64,000 bases of DNA from an uncultured Oscillospiraceae bacterium (GCA_964369445.1 CAYJFU010000001.1:3409-67408), one strand, 5' to 3'; positions 53,494-62,352 are shown, numbered from the stretch's first letter. Notes: generated by a model from the sequence alone, not told the origin. Program-made: numbers and translations.

Positions 53494-53541
53494 AAAAACA
53501 GAAATGACCTCATGCAATCGGCATGAGGTCATTTCTGTTTT
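53494..53541. terminator. Bidirectional Rho-independent terminator
   Basis: aaaaacagaaatgacctcatgc-aatc-ggcatgaggtcatttctgtttt lies between convergent genes. Confidence 0.8.
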
Positions 53542-53763
53542 ATTGCCGATTTTTCTTTATTTCTCTGGCAACAAAATCAATAATTTCTTCCGGTGTCGGT
53601 GTCTCACCTTTATGATGCACCATTTTTTGATAATTTGAGGTTGTACTATTTTTCGGTACATTTCGATATGCTTCATTTATCGCCTCTTGCATTTCTCTGC
53701 GCATCTGTTTAACAGATATTCCATGTTGTTTTGCTAATTCCGAATGGCTTTTTTGCTATCCAT
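53540..53763 (-). pseudogene. Small Spo0A-C-terminal-like / phage-type DNA-binding protein gene with a 1-nt frameshift
   Basis: It reads MDSKKAIR and then shifts frame to ELAKQHGISVKQMRREMQEAINEAYRNVPKNSTTSNYQKMVHHKGETPTPEEIIDFVAREIKKNRQ*. The length of 224 nt is 3n+2, and the break is at cgg|aatt (53738-53742). Confidence 0.45.
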
Positions 53764-53808
53764 TTCATTCCCTTTCCCGTACCATTAGTTACATATTAAC
53801 ACATATAA

Positions 53809-53843
53809 GGTGTAAATACAATATATAAATGTGTATTTACACC
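53809..53843. promoter_or_regulatory. 12-bp-arm inverted repeat in a divergent promoter region (candidate operator)
   Basis: GGTGTAAATACA-atatataaatg-TGTATTTACACC. Confidence 0.5.
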
Positions 53844-53991
53844 ATAATAGTTGCTCCTATATTGGTGAAAAATACTTTAAAATTATTGTGTGTTTAGATA
53901 GTGTTAACAAGGTCAATAGCTTAGAGGCACATTCTCGTTTACTTTTAATTGTTGACATTGTTATATTAGCACTAGTAATGGGAGGTGTTGT

Positions 53992-54213
53992 ATGGAAGAC
54001 CATCAAGAGGAATTTGCCAAAATCGGTTTAAACATAATGTTTTACAGAAAACGCATGGGCATAACACAGGATAGGCTTGCGGAGCTTACATCCTTCAGCC
54101 GCAACCACATACAACAGATAGAGACCGCAAAAGCCACACCTAGTGTCGCGGCACTTCTGTCGATAGCCGAGGCGCTGAACATACCGCCCGCCAAACTTTT
54201 TAATTTTGATTAA
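53992..54213 (+). CDS. XRE-family HTH regulator
   Basis: 73 aa with RKRMGITQDRLAELTSFSRNHIQQIETAKATPSVAALLSIAEALNI. Confidence 0.75.
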   Translation: MEDHQEEFAKIGLNIMFYRKRMGITQDRLAELTSFSRNHIQQIETAKATPSVAALLSIAEALNIPPAKLFNFD

Positions 54214-54230
54214 TGTCGAAAACTTAACGC

Positions 54231-54276
54231 ATGAAATCCCATCATACCGCCGTTTGTCAGCATGATGGGATTTCAT
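54231..54276. terminator. Bidirectional terminator hairpin between convergent XRE genes
   Basis: atgaaatcccatcat-accgccgtttgtcagc-atgatgggatttcat. Confidence 0.7.
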
Positions 54277-54288
54277 TGTCGGTTATTT

Positions 54289-54528
54289 TTACATCCAGCG
54301 CTTATTTGCTTTTTTCTCATCCGTAAGACCCAACAAATAATCGACACTTGTATCATAAAGCACCGATAACTTTATCAGCGCATCAATCGGATAATTCAAA
54401 ACACCTATTTCATACTGTGAGTATGTATTTTGTTTTACGTTAATATAATCTGCAACAAACTTTTGTGTATAATCGTTGTCTATGCGCAGGTTTCTTATGC
54501 GCTCAAATTTTAGTATCTCTGTTCTCAT
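54289..54528 (-). CDS. XRE-family HTH regulator
   Basis: 79 aa with IRNLRIDNDYTQKFVADYINVKQNTYSQYEIGVLNYPIDALIKLSVLYDTSVDYLLGL. Confidence 0.75.
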   Translation of the reverse strand: MRTEILKFERIRNLRIDNDYTQKFVADYINVKQNTYSQYEIGVLNYPIDALIKLSVLYDTSVDYLLGLTDEKKANKRWM

Positions 54529-54639
54529 AAAACCTCTCCTTGATGTGTTTAATAGAATACATTATCTGAAATAAAGATATTAAAATTTATCTTGTTTTGA
54601 GATATAATTGCATTGCTATAGTTTATACTGAGGTCACAT

Positions 54640-54912
54640 ATGAATTTATTTACAGAAATAGAAAAAACATATCCCGACATAGAAAAGCAGTTTAAGAAAA
54701 GAGATTTAGCAGAATTTAAACATCATAATTTCGGTATGCTCATGGACTATCATTTTAGTCTGGGTACATGGATACGCAACAATTGCATTTACGGTGATAC
54801 TTCACTTGCTAAAGAATTTGAAAAGGTCGGTATCGACCATCCGGATGATATGTCCGGTTTTATCATTGAAATGTTTTTTATATATTGCAACAGCAAAAAT
54901 TCGAAATTTTAA
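54640..54912 (+). CDS. Hypothetical small protein
   Basis: 90 aa in an AT-rich islet, divergent from the XRE gene. The GTWIRNN...GIDHPDDMSGFII pattern is vaguely familiar from a DUF family, but I cannot name it with confidence. Confidence 0.45.
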   Translation: MNLFTEIEKTYPDIEKQFKKRDLAEFKHHNFGMLMDYHFSLGTWIRNNCIYGDTSLAKEFEKVGIDHPDDMSGFIIEMFFIYCNSKNSKF

Positions 54913-55050
54913 TTACCGTCAAATTACTACATTTTTTATGTTTTTGCAGAAAAATTGTCACACAACTATCGCAAAACCGCCTATTGCAGTTTTGCGTTTT
55001 TGTGGTATAATGAAAAAAAGACTATTCCCAAAAAAGGATTACCACAAACT

Positions 55051-55728
55051 ATGCAGGAAACCATTCTCTCCTTTGTCGCAAGAGCGCTTGTGCTTTTGAC
55101 CGCAATCCCGATACACGAATCCGCCCATGCCTACGTTGCAAGCCGTCTGGGCGATAATACTGCGCGCTTTCAAGGGCGTATTTCCTTAAACCCTGCCGTA
55201 CACTTTGACCTGATGGGTTTTGCGTGTATGATACTTGCCGGCATAGGTTGGGCAAAGCCGGTGCCCATCAACTCCTATAACTTTAGGGGCGACAGGCGTG
55301 TCGGCATGGCCATTTCCGCCGCGGCAGGCCCTATTTCCAATCTTCTCGTAGCGCTCGTTGCGGTGCTTTTGGGCAGGATAGCATTTTTCTTTTTCTCATT
55401 CGGGCTTGTGAGCGGTGTGGCTCAAACCATCGTTTATGTGCTGTACTACATCTTTATAACGATGGCGCAGATAAACGTACTGCTTGCAATTTTCAATCTC
55501 ATTCCGATACCACCGTTTGACGGCTCGCGTATCTTTAACCTTATCCTGCCGGAAAAATATTACTTTAAAGTCATGCAGTACGAGCGCTTTATTTTCATGG
55601 GCTTGTTTATCGTACTGATATTCGGTGTACTGGATTACCCACTTGCGGTTGCCAGTAACTTTATCCTTGATATACTGCTGTGGCTGACAAACTTTGTTCA
55701 GGTGCTGCTTTCGATGATATTTCTATGA
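55051..55728 (+). CDS. Site-2 protease (M50) family membrane metalloprotease
   Basis: 225 aa from MQETILSF with HESAHA (HExxH) in TM1 and NLIPIPPFDGSR (the NxxPxxxxDG motif). Confidence 0.8.
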   Translation: MQETILSFVARALVLLTAIPIHESAHAYVASRLGDNTARFQGRISLNPAVHFDLMGFACMILAGIGWAKPVPINSYNFRGDRRVGMAISAAAGPISNLLVALVAVLLGRIAFFFFSFGLVSGVAQTIVYVLYYIFITMAQINVLLAIFNLIPIPPFDGSRIFNLILPEKYYFKVMQYERFIFMGLFIVLIFGVLDYPLAVASNFILDILLWLTNFVQVLLSMIFL

Positions 55729-56438
55729 CGGAGCTGACCTTTAAAGCCAAGGACTTTGAGGGTCCTTTAGACCTATTGCTTGCGCTTGCGGCAAAAAACA
55801 AGATGAGCCTTTTCGACATAGATTTAATAGCGCTCATTGATCAGTATCTCGAGATTATCAAGGATATGCAGTCCGGTCGCCTTGAGGTCGCAAGCGAGTT
55901 TATCGACATGGCTTCCCGTCTTGTGCTTTTAAAATCGGTTCATCTACTTCCGCGCTCGCAGGAGGCGGAAAAGATAAAGCAGGAACTCACCGGCCGACTT
56001 GTGGAGTACGCTCTGTGCAAAAATGTGGCACAGAAGTTGCGCTGTATGTCCGAGGGACGATTTTACGCGGTGCGAGAGCCGATGACGGTGCCGTTTGACA
56101 CCACCTACTCCAATCAACACGACATAACTCTGCTTATCGCGGCATACAACTCAGCGTATGACAGAAAACGCTCGATTCGTATGCCGACGCAGGAACAGTT
56201 TGAGCCACTTGTTGCAAAGCCGATGGTGTCGGTAAACACTCGCATAGATTTTTTACGGCTGACGCTGAAAAACGGTCGTTGCAGGCTGAGTGACGTGTTC
56301 AACTCACAGGATAAAAGCTGCAATGTGGCGACATTTTTGGCGATACTGGAACTGCTACACAGCAACAGTCTTGCCGTTGAAGAGGGCATGTACATAAGAC
56401 TTACCGACGAAAAGGGAGCGGACATTGAAGCAATATAA
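55725..56438 (+). CDS. scpA: Segregation and condensation protein A
   Basis: 237 aa from MTELTFKAKDFEGPLDLLLALAAKNKMSLFDIDL. Its start overlaps the upstream stop (ATGA). Confidence 0.85.
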   Translation: MTELTFKAKDFEGPLDLLLALAAKNKMSLFDIDLIALIDQYLEIIKDMQSGRLEVASEFIDMASRLVLLKSVHLLPRSQEAEKIKQELTGRLVEYALCKNVAQKLRCMSEGRFYAVREPMTVPFDTTYSNQHDITLLIAAYNSAYDRKRSIRMPTQEQFEPLVAKPMVSVNTRIDFLRLTLKNGRCRLSDVFNSQDKSCNVATFLAILELLHSNSLAVEEGMYIRLTDEKGADIEAI

Positions 56439-56967
56439 AGGGGCTATTGAAGCGATGCTCTTTGCGGTAGCCGAACCTATCAGCGCCGCCAAACTTGCCG
56501 AAGTGTTGCAGATATCCGAGCAGGACACGGTGGCGCTTTTGAATATGCTTCAGGACGACTACCTGCGTGAGGGGCGCGGACTTGTGCTACTTCGCTTTGA
56601 GGATAGATGGCAGCTGTCCAGCGATCCGTCCTTTGAGGGTTATGTGCGCGGCATACTCGACAACCGCCGCAACACACCACTCTCACCCTCCGCGCTTGAG
56701 ATACTTGCCGTTGTGGCTTACAATCAGCCGGTGTCGCGCTCTTTTGTCGAGCAGGTGCGCGGTGTCGACTGCACAAGCGGCATCTCAACCTTGCAAAACA
56801 AAGGTCTCATCGAAGAGCAGGGACGGCTTGACCTGCCGGGCAGACCGATAGCCTACGGCACAACCGATGTGTTTTTGCGCGCTTTCGGGTTGTCCTCACT
56901 CGACGAGCTACCCAGTTTATCCGACCAAAACGAGGGGTTGCTTGCCGGTTACATAGAGGAAGAATAG
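56425..56967 (+). CDS. scpB: Segregation and condensation protein B
   Basis: 180 aa with AIEAMLFAVAEPIS...LSPSALEILAVVAYNQPVSR...GRPIAYGTT, a tandem wHTH. Confidence 0.85.
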   Translation: MKQYKGAIEAMLFAVAEPISAAKLAEVLQISEQDTVALLNMLQDDYLREGRGLVLLRFEDRWQLSSDPSFEGYVRGILDNRRNTPLSPSALEILAVVAYNQPVSRSFVEQVRGVDCTSGISTLQNKGLIEEQGRLDLPGRPIAYGTTDVFLRAFGLSSLDELPSLSDQNEGLLAGYIEEE

Positions 56968-56970
56968 TTC

Positions 56971-57621
56971 ATGGGGTTTTGGGGTATTTTACTTATAATA
57001 CTGGCATCGCTTGTTTTGATTGTGCTTATACTGCTCATAATTCCTTTGGGAGTGGTGGTCAACTACGACGGGCTGAGTGCACAGACGGCTGTTAAAATAA
57101 AGGTATGGCTGTTCAGTTTCACACTCGACACCGATAAACCCAAAAAGAAAAAGCTCAAAAAGCCAAAGAAAAAGGTCGAGAAAAAACAAGAGGATACAAA
57201 ACCGCCTGAAAGTCAGCTCAAGAGGTTTAAACGACTTTACAAAAAGTACCGGCGAGAGATACAACAGCTCCCCACGCTTATTTACAAAATCATCGCAAGC
57301 ATTAAGATTTACAACATTGTCATTGTCCATTACGTCCACAGCGAGGACGCAGCGGACACCGCCATAAGTGTGGGCAGGAACTACGCGTTGTTCTCAGGGG
57401 CGGTTGCCGCCGTATCGCCACCATTTAACCTTACATTCAAACAGGTGGAGTTTGTGCCGGACTTTGCGGGCGTTTTTAAAGACAGGGCAAAGGTTTCGCT
57501 CACCGCGACGACAAGCATACTAAAACTTATCATTGTCGCCGTTTGGTTTTATAAGAGGGTACGTAAAAAGCCACAAAGAAAGACAATACAACACACAAAA
57601 AAACAAACTGAAAAGAGGTAA
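56971..57621 (+). CDS. DUF2953/YtfI-like sporulation membrane protein
   Basis: 216 aa with an N-terminal TM and a K-rich linker. Its position upstream of ytfJ matches Bacillus/Clostridium. Confidence 0.6.
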   Translation: MGFWGILLIILASLVLIVLILLIIPLGVVVNYDGLSAQTAVKIKVWLFSFTLDTDKPKKKKLKKPKKKVEKKQEDTKPPESQLKRFKRLYKKYRREIQQLPTLIYKIIASIKIYNIVIVHYVHSEDAADTAISVGRNYALFSGAVAAVSPPFNLTFKQVEFVPDFAGVFKDRAKVSLTATTSILKLIIVAVWFYKRVRKKPQRKTIQHTKKQTEKR

Positions 57622-57623
57622 AC

Positions 57624-58028
57624 ATGAGTACTGAAAAGATGAATGATCACCCTATAGTTGACCTTCTGGACGTTGCCATCAAGCGCATAAACGAATCGGT
57701 GCACAGCAACGCCACCATCGGCGCGCCCATCGCAATGGAAAACGGAACGATTATATTGCCGGTTTCCAAGGCGAGTTTTGGCATGGCCTCCGGCGGCAGT
57801 GATCTGCCTACAGCGCACCCAAAAGACAAGTTCGGCGGTGGCGCAGGCGCAGGTGTATCGCTTGTTCCTGTGGCATTTTTGGTATGCACCGGCGATGATG
57901 TAAAGCTGTTACAGCTTGCCGACACCTCCAACAACGTTGACAGGTTGCTCAGCATGATGCCGGAGCTTATCGACAAGGTCGGCTCACTTATAAAAAAAGA
58001 AAAGAAAGACGAAACTGAAGATGAATGA
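57624..58028 (+). CDS. ytfJ: GerW/YtfJ-family sporulation protein
   Basis: 134 aa with ILPVSKASFGMASGG...FGGGAGAGVSLVPVAFLV. Confidence 0.75.
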   Translation: MSTEKMNDHPIVDLLDVAIKRINESVHSNATIGAPIAMENGTIILPVSKASFGMASGGSDLPTAHPKDKFGGGAGAGVSLVPVAFLVCTGDDVKLLQLADTSNNVDRLLSMMPELIDKVGSLIKKEKKDETEDE

Positions 58029-58761
58029 AGTTAGAATACAAAAACTGCTGTCGGAACTGGGGGTCTGCTCACGCCGTGAGGCGGACAGGCTTGTTGCGGC
58101 AGGCAAGGTAAAGGTCAACGGGCATCCGGCACGTGTCGGCGACAAGATAGATCCACAAAAGTCCGTGCTGATGGTGGATGGCAAACGTGTACATATACCG
58201 CGCCGTAGTGAGCTTTACTACTACATGCTCAACAAGCCGCGCGGCTACATAACAACCCTTTCCGACGAGCTTGACCGCCGCAACATCACCACCTTCACCG
58301 AGGGTCTGCCGGTGAGGGTTTACCCGGTCGGCCGCCTTGACAAAGACAGCGAGGGCATGTTGTTTTTGACCAACGACGGCGCTTTTGCCAACATGCTCAC
58401 CCACCCGTCCTTTGAGATAAGCAAGGTCTACCGCGTGACCGTCACCCCCCACGCCACCGAGGAGCAGATAATGGAACTTTCTTCCGGCGTTGTACTGGAC
58501 GATGGCAGTAAGACGTTACCCTGCAATATAAGGGTGCTTGCTGACGAGCCTAACCGCACCGTCCTTGAGTTTACCATCAAGCAGGGCAAAAATCGCCAGA
58601 TACGGCGCATGTGTTCCGCTGTGAGCTTGCAGGTGGCGCGCCTATCGCGCAAACAGGTAGGTCCCGTTAAACTGTCGATGCTTCGCCCCGGCGAGATACG
58701 CGAGCTTAAACCGTCGGAGGTGAATTCACTGAGAGCCAGCGCAAGAAAAGGAAAAAAATGA
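58021..58761 (+). CDS. rluB: RsuA/RluB-family pseudouridine synthase
   Basis: 246 aa with an S4 domain (RIQKLLSELGVCSRREADRLV), catalytic GRLDKDSEG and KNRQIRRM. Confidence 0.85.
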   Translation: MNEVRIQKLLSELGVCSRREADRLVAAGKVKVNGHPARVGDKIDPQKSVLMVDGKRVHIPRRSELYYYMLNKPRGYITTLSDELDRRNITTFTEGLPVRVYPVGRLDKDSEGMLFLTNDGAFANMLTHPSFEISKVYRVTVTPHATEEQIMELSSGVVLDDGSKTLPCNIRVLADEPNRTVLEFTIKQGKNRQIRRMCSAVSLQVARLSRKQVGPVKLSMLRPGEIRELKPSEVNSLRASARKGKK

Positions 58762-59114
58762 TAAGGATAACGCAAATTTTAGAGCCTTTTATGCTTGACC
58801 ACTTTAACAAAGGACGTTTTGATACAGAAATTTTTGGTTTTTTGGCAAGCAGCGCAAACGGCACCGTAGGAGTACTGTTAGCACAGCAAAACGGCGATAT
58901 TACAGAGATTTTAGAGGTTGACGCACAGGAAGCGCAGGTGCGTGACGGACTTGTTCGCGCAACAATTTCTCACACAATGCGACAAGGTGCATTGACATTT
59001 TCAACACAAAGCGCTATAATATTGGGTGAGAGTTTTTCTTTAGAGAAAGACACCAATTATAACATAGAGGAATTTTTTGCACGAGGGTGCAATCACAATC
59101 AACAACGGGGGTAA
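58758..59114 (+). CDS. Hypothetical protein
   Basis: 118 aa, translationally coupled to rluB. No family is recognised. Confidence 0.4.
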   Translation: MIRITQILEPFMLDHFNKGRFDTEIFGFLASSANGTVGVLLAQQNGDITEILEVDAQEAQVRDGLVRATISHTMRQGALTFSTQSAIILGESFSLEKDTNYNIEEFFARGCNHNQQRG

Positions 59115-59117
59115 TCT

Positions 59118-60440
59118 ATGGCAAAAACATCTATGGACGTGTTTGCAACGTTTTTCGACGAGGGCAAATACACCACCATGTACACACAAAAAAGCGCTTC
59201 GATATCTGTCGGGGTCGGCTTTGTCTGTGGCAGTGAAGTAGTAAGCGTTGCACAAAACGGCAATGCACTTTGCGCCGCCGACATGAAAAAGTGGGTACGT
59301 GCAATTGAGCTGGCCGGCAAAATCGGCGTACCGCTCTTCACATTCTATGCATCGTCCGGCGCAGTGCTTGATGGTGGCGTCGCACCTTTGACCGGCTATG
59401 CCGACATCTTAAAGGCAAGCGCCAACGTCAGCGGTGTAGTACCGCAGATAGCGGTCGTCACAGGCACATGCGGCGGCAACAGCGCACTTCTCGCCGCAAC
59501 ATCCGACATCTGTGTAATGAGCGAGGAGGGTGAACTGTTTTTAACACCCCCATACACAGCCGCGGCAACCGGCAAAAAGACAGCCGGCGCAGGTTCTGCG
59601 GCAAGCGCCGCCGACAGCGGTGTTGCACACATCGTCGTCAAGACAAACGCTGAGGCAGTCTTAAAGGCACAGGCTCTTGCTGAGCTTCTGCCCTCCAACA
59701 ATCTCACCGTTCCGTCACTGTTTGAGGAGTCCGCTCCCTCCGGCGCATTTCAGAGCGCTGCTTTCAGCCCCGAAAAGGCTGTTGCCGGTTTAGCCGACAG
59801 TGCAAACCTTGTTTCGCTGTTCGACAACATTGAGTCGGTATACGTAGCTCTTGGCACTGTTGATGGCACCGTAACAGGTTTTGTAGCCACCGACAACGGC
59901 AAGGGTATCTGCACACTCGGCGCGGCAAAGGCCGCACGTTTTGTCCGTCTGTGTGACATGTACAACATTCCCGTTGTAACAGTGCTTGCAACATGCGGAT
60001 TTACAAAATCCAGCGAAAACGACATTGCCGGTGGTATCAGAAACGCCGCACTACTTGCCTCGACATACTCCGACGCCACAACAGCTAAGGTTCTCGTCGT
60101 TGCGGGACAGGCTATCGGCGCGGCCTACACAGCTTTCAGCGCATGTGACGTTGTAATCGCCGCAGACGGCGCTGTCGTCTCTCCGCTTGCACCGGAAGCC
60201 GCCGCTACAGTTGTGTACGCTGAGGAGCTTAAAGCTTCGAAAAACATCCCCGAGGACACAAAAAAATACGCTGCCGAATATATTGCGACATACTGCAACG
60301 CTGACGCACTTGACAATGCCGGCATTTGCGAGGTTCGTTGCAACGATTCCGCCGTGCGCGGTGCTGTTGCCGATTCGCTTGCGATACTTGCAACAAAGCG
60401 TGTAACCCGTCAACCGAAAAAATACGGCTCCGCTCTGTAA
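59118..60440 (+). CDS. Carboxyltransferase-domain protein (12S/PccB-like) with divergent motifs
   Basis: 440 aa. SGVVPQIAVVTGTCGGNSALLAATSDICVM and AAKAARFVRLCDMYNIPVVTVLATCGF align with crotonase-fold carboxyltransferases. It is shorter than typical 12S subunits, and the Gly-rich motifs are altered. Confidence 0.7.
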   Translation: MAKTSMDVFATFFDEGKYTTMYTQKSASISVGVGFVCGSEVVSVAQNGNALCAADMKKWVRAIELAGKIGVPLFTFYASSGAVLDGGVAPLTGYADILKASANVSGVVPQIAVVTGTCGGNSALLAATSDICVMSEEGELFLTPPYTAAATGKKTAGAGSAASAADSGVAHIVVKTNAEAVLKAQALAELLPSNNLTVPSLFEESAPSGAFQSAAFSPEKAVAGLADSANLVSLFDNIESVYVALGTVDGTVTGFVATDNGKGICTLGAAKAARFVRLCDMYNIPVVTVLATCGFTKSSENDIAGGIRNAALLASTYSDATTAKVLVVAGQAIGAAYTAFSACDVVIAADGAVVSPLAPEAAATVVYAEELKASKNIPEDTKKYAAEYIATYCNADALDNAGICEVRCNDSAVRGAVADSLAILATKRVTRQPKKYGSAL

Positions 60441-60482
60441 AGCACGGATGTCGACTGTCTAAATAATAAGGAGTAAAGTTAA

Positions 60483-60848
60483 ATGAAAAACTATAAAATC
60501 ACCGTTAACGGCACAACCTACGATGTTGCTGTAGAAGAGTCCGGCGCGTCCTCTGCACCGGCAGCCGCTCCCGTAGCTGCTGCACCTGCGGCACCTGCCG
60601 CGGCACCGGCAGCCGCTCCGGCCGCACCGACAGCAGGCACACCGGTTACAGCACCTATGCCCGGCAACATCCTTGACGTTAAGGTCGCAGTAGGCGCGGC
60701 TGTAAAATCCGGCGACGTGCTTATTCTTCTCGAAGCGATGAAGATGGAAAACGACATCGTTGCACCTGCAGACGGCACAGTAGCCGCCATCAATGTTAAA
60801 AAAGGTGACACCGTCAACTCCGGCGATGCCCTTGTAGTACTCAACTAG
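60483..60848 (+). CDS. Biotin carboxyl carrier protein (1.3S-like)
   Basis: 121 aa with an Ala/Pro linker and the biotinyl-lysine motif LEAMKMEN. Confidence 0.85.
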   Translation: MKNYKITVNGTTYDVAVEESGASSAPAAAPVAAAPAAPAAAPAAAPAAPTAGTPVTAPMPGNILDVKVAVGAAVKSGDVLILLEAMKMENDIVAPADGTVAAINVKKGDTVNSGDALVVLN

Positions 60849-60880
60849 CCGCAAGCTGTCACGAAAGGAAGACAACACCT

Positions 60881-62278
60881 ATGGCAAAAGTAAAAATTAC
60901 CGAAGTTGCTCTGCGCGACTCTCACCAGTCTCTCATTGCAACCCGTATGACCACCGATGAGATGAGACCTATCCTGTCCACAATGGATAAAGTGGGTTAT
61001 TTTTCCGCAGAAGTTTGGGGCGGTGCTACATTCGATGCATGTATCCGTTTCCTCGATGAAGATCCGTGGGAGCGTCTGCGTACCATCCGCAAAGAGATGC
61101 CCAACACAAAATTGCAGATGTTGTTCCGCGGCCAGAACATGCTCGGATACCGTCACTATGCCGATGACGTCGTTTACTACCTCGTTCAAAAGTGCATAAG
61201 CAACGGCATCGACATTATCCGTATATTTGACGCGCTCAACGACGTGCGTAACCTTGCAACCGCCATCAAAGCGGCTAAAAAAGAGGGTGGACATGTTCAG
61301 GCAGCTATCAGCTACACTAAAAGCCCTGTGCACTCCAACGAGTACTTTGCAAAATACGCAAAGGATCTCGAAAACGAGGGTGCAGACAGCATCTGTATCA
61401 AGGACATGGCCGGTCTGCTTGACCCCTATGCCACATATGAGCTTGTTGCGGCACTTAAAAAGGATCTTAGCATCCCGATTGATATCCACAGTCACTACAC
61501 AAGTGGTCTTGCTTCCATGTCCATCTTGAAGGGCATCGAGGCAGGCGCTGAAATCATCGACACCTCCATCTCGCCACTGGCTATGGGTACATCCCACATG
61601 GCGACAGAGACACTTGTTGCGGCGCTTGCCGGCTCGGAGTACGACACAGGTCTTGACCTGAAACTGCTCAACGAGGTGCGTGACTACTTCGCAACACTGC
61701 GCGATAAGTACCTTGACAACAAACTGCTGTCGCCGAAGGTAATGGGCGTTGACGCAAACACACTGCTTTACCAAGTTCCCGGCGGTATGCTTTCCAACCT
61801 TATCAGCCAGCTGAAAGAGGCCGGCAAATCCGATAAGTTTGAGGACGTTCTTAAGGAAATCCCCCGTGTGCGTGAGGACAGTGGTTATCCGCCACTTGTT
61901 ACACCGACATCGCAAATTGTCGGCACACAGGCAGTTTTCAACGTCATCATGGGCGAGCGCTACAAGACGGTAACAAAAGAGTTTAAGGCAATGGTTAAGG
62001 GCGAATACGGCAAGACACCTGCCCCCATCTCCGCTGAGTTCTTAAAGAAGATTCTCGGCAGTGAAGAGCCGATAACCTGCCGTCCGGCAGACCTGCTCAC
62101 CGACGAGCTTGACAAGCTGAAAGAAGAGGCTCAAAAGTGGTCGCGCCAGGAGGAGGACGTGCTGACATACGCACAGTTCCCACAGGTTGCACCGAAGTTC
62201 TTTGAGAGCCGCAACAACAAGATTGTCGGCGTAGACGGCGACCATGTCGATCTCGCAAACAAAAGTCACATCGTTTAG
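60881..62278 (+). CDS. Oxaloacetate decarboxylase alpha / transcarboxylase 5S-type pyruvate carboxyltransferase subunit (no biotinyl domain)
   Basis: 465 aa. ITEVALRDSHQSL...MLFRGQN...HSHYTSG is an HMGL-like TIM barrel, followed by a PYC_OADA domain. Confidence 0.9.
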   Translation: MAKVKITEVALRDSHQSLIATRMTTDEMRPILSTMDKVGYFSAEVWGGATFDACIRFLDEDPWERLRTIRKEMPNTKLQMLFRGQNMLGYRHYADDVVYYLVQKCISNGIDIIRIFDALNDVRNLATAIKAAKKEGGHVQAAISYTKSPVHSNEYFAKYAKDLENEGADSICIKDMAGLLDPYATYELVAALKKDLSIPIDIHSHYTSGLASMSILKGIEAGAEIIDTSISPLAMGTSHMATETLVAALAGSEYDTGLDLKLLNEVRDYFATLRDKYLDNKLLSPKVMGVDANTLLYQVPGGMLSNLISQLKEAGKSDKFEDVLKEIPRVREDSGYPPLVTPTSQIVGTQAVFNVIMGERYKTVTKEFKAMVKGEYGKTPAPISAEFLKKILGSEEPITCRPADLLTDELDKLKEEAQKWSRQEEDVLTYAQFPQVAPKFFESRNNKIVGVDGDHVDLANKSHIV

Positions 62279-62303
62279 AGATAGACGTTCAACTTAAAAA
62301 ACG

Positions 62304-62352
62304 AACCCTGTCAGAGCGGCTTGTCCGCTTTTGACAGGGTTTGAGTTTTTTT
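62304..62352 (+). terminator. Rho-independent terminator of the carboxylase operon
   Basis: aaccctgtcagagcgg-cttg-tccgcttttgacagggtt followed by tgagttttttt. Confidence 0.85.

Noticed and set aside
53831-54031. 66-aa plus-strand ORF upstream of the XRE gene
   Set aside because: It begins within the operator palindrome and promoter region and overlaps the XRE start. Its AT-rich, hydrophobic low-complexity translation is probably spurious.
60845-61915. 356-aa ORF on the minus strand, plus similar long antisense ORFs at 35580-36239, 45378-46094, 10088-10684, 2004-3307, 32996-33481 and 12839-13156
   Set aside because: Each lies entirely antisense to an ORF with clear family motifs (oadA-like, trmFO, isomerase, trmH-like, hydA/hydB, MIP, hexokinase-like). 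Their translations are low-complexity or Cys/Arg-rich with no recognisable motifs. They are typical stop-poor shadow frames in moderately GC-rich coding DNA.
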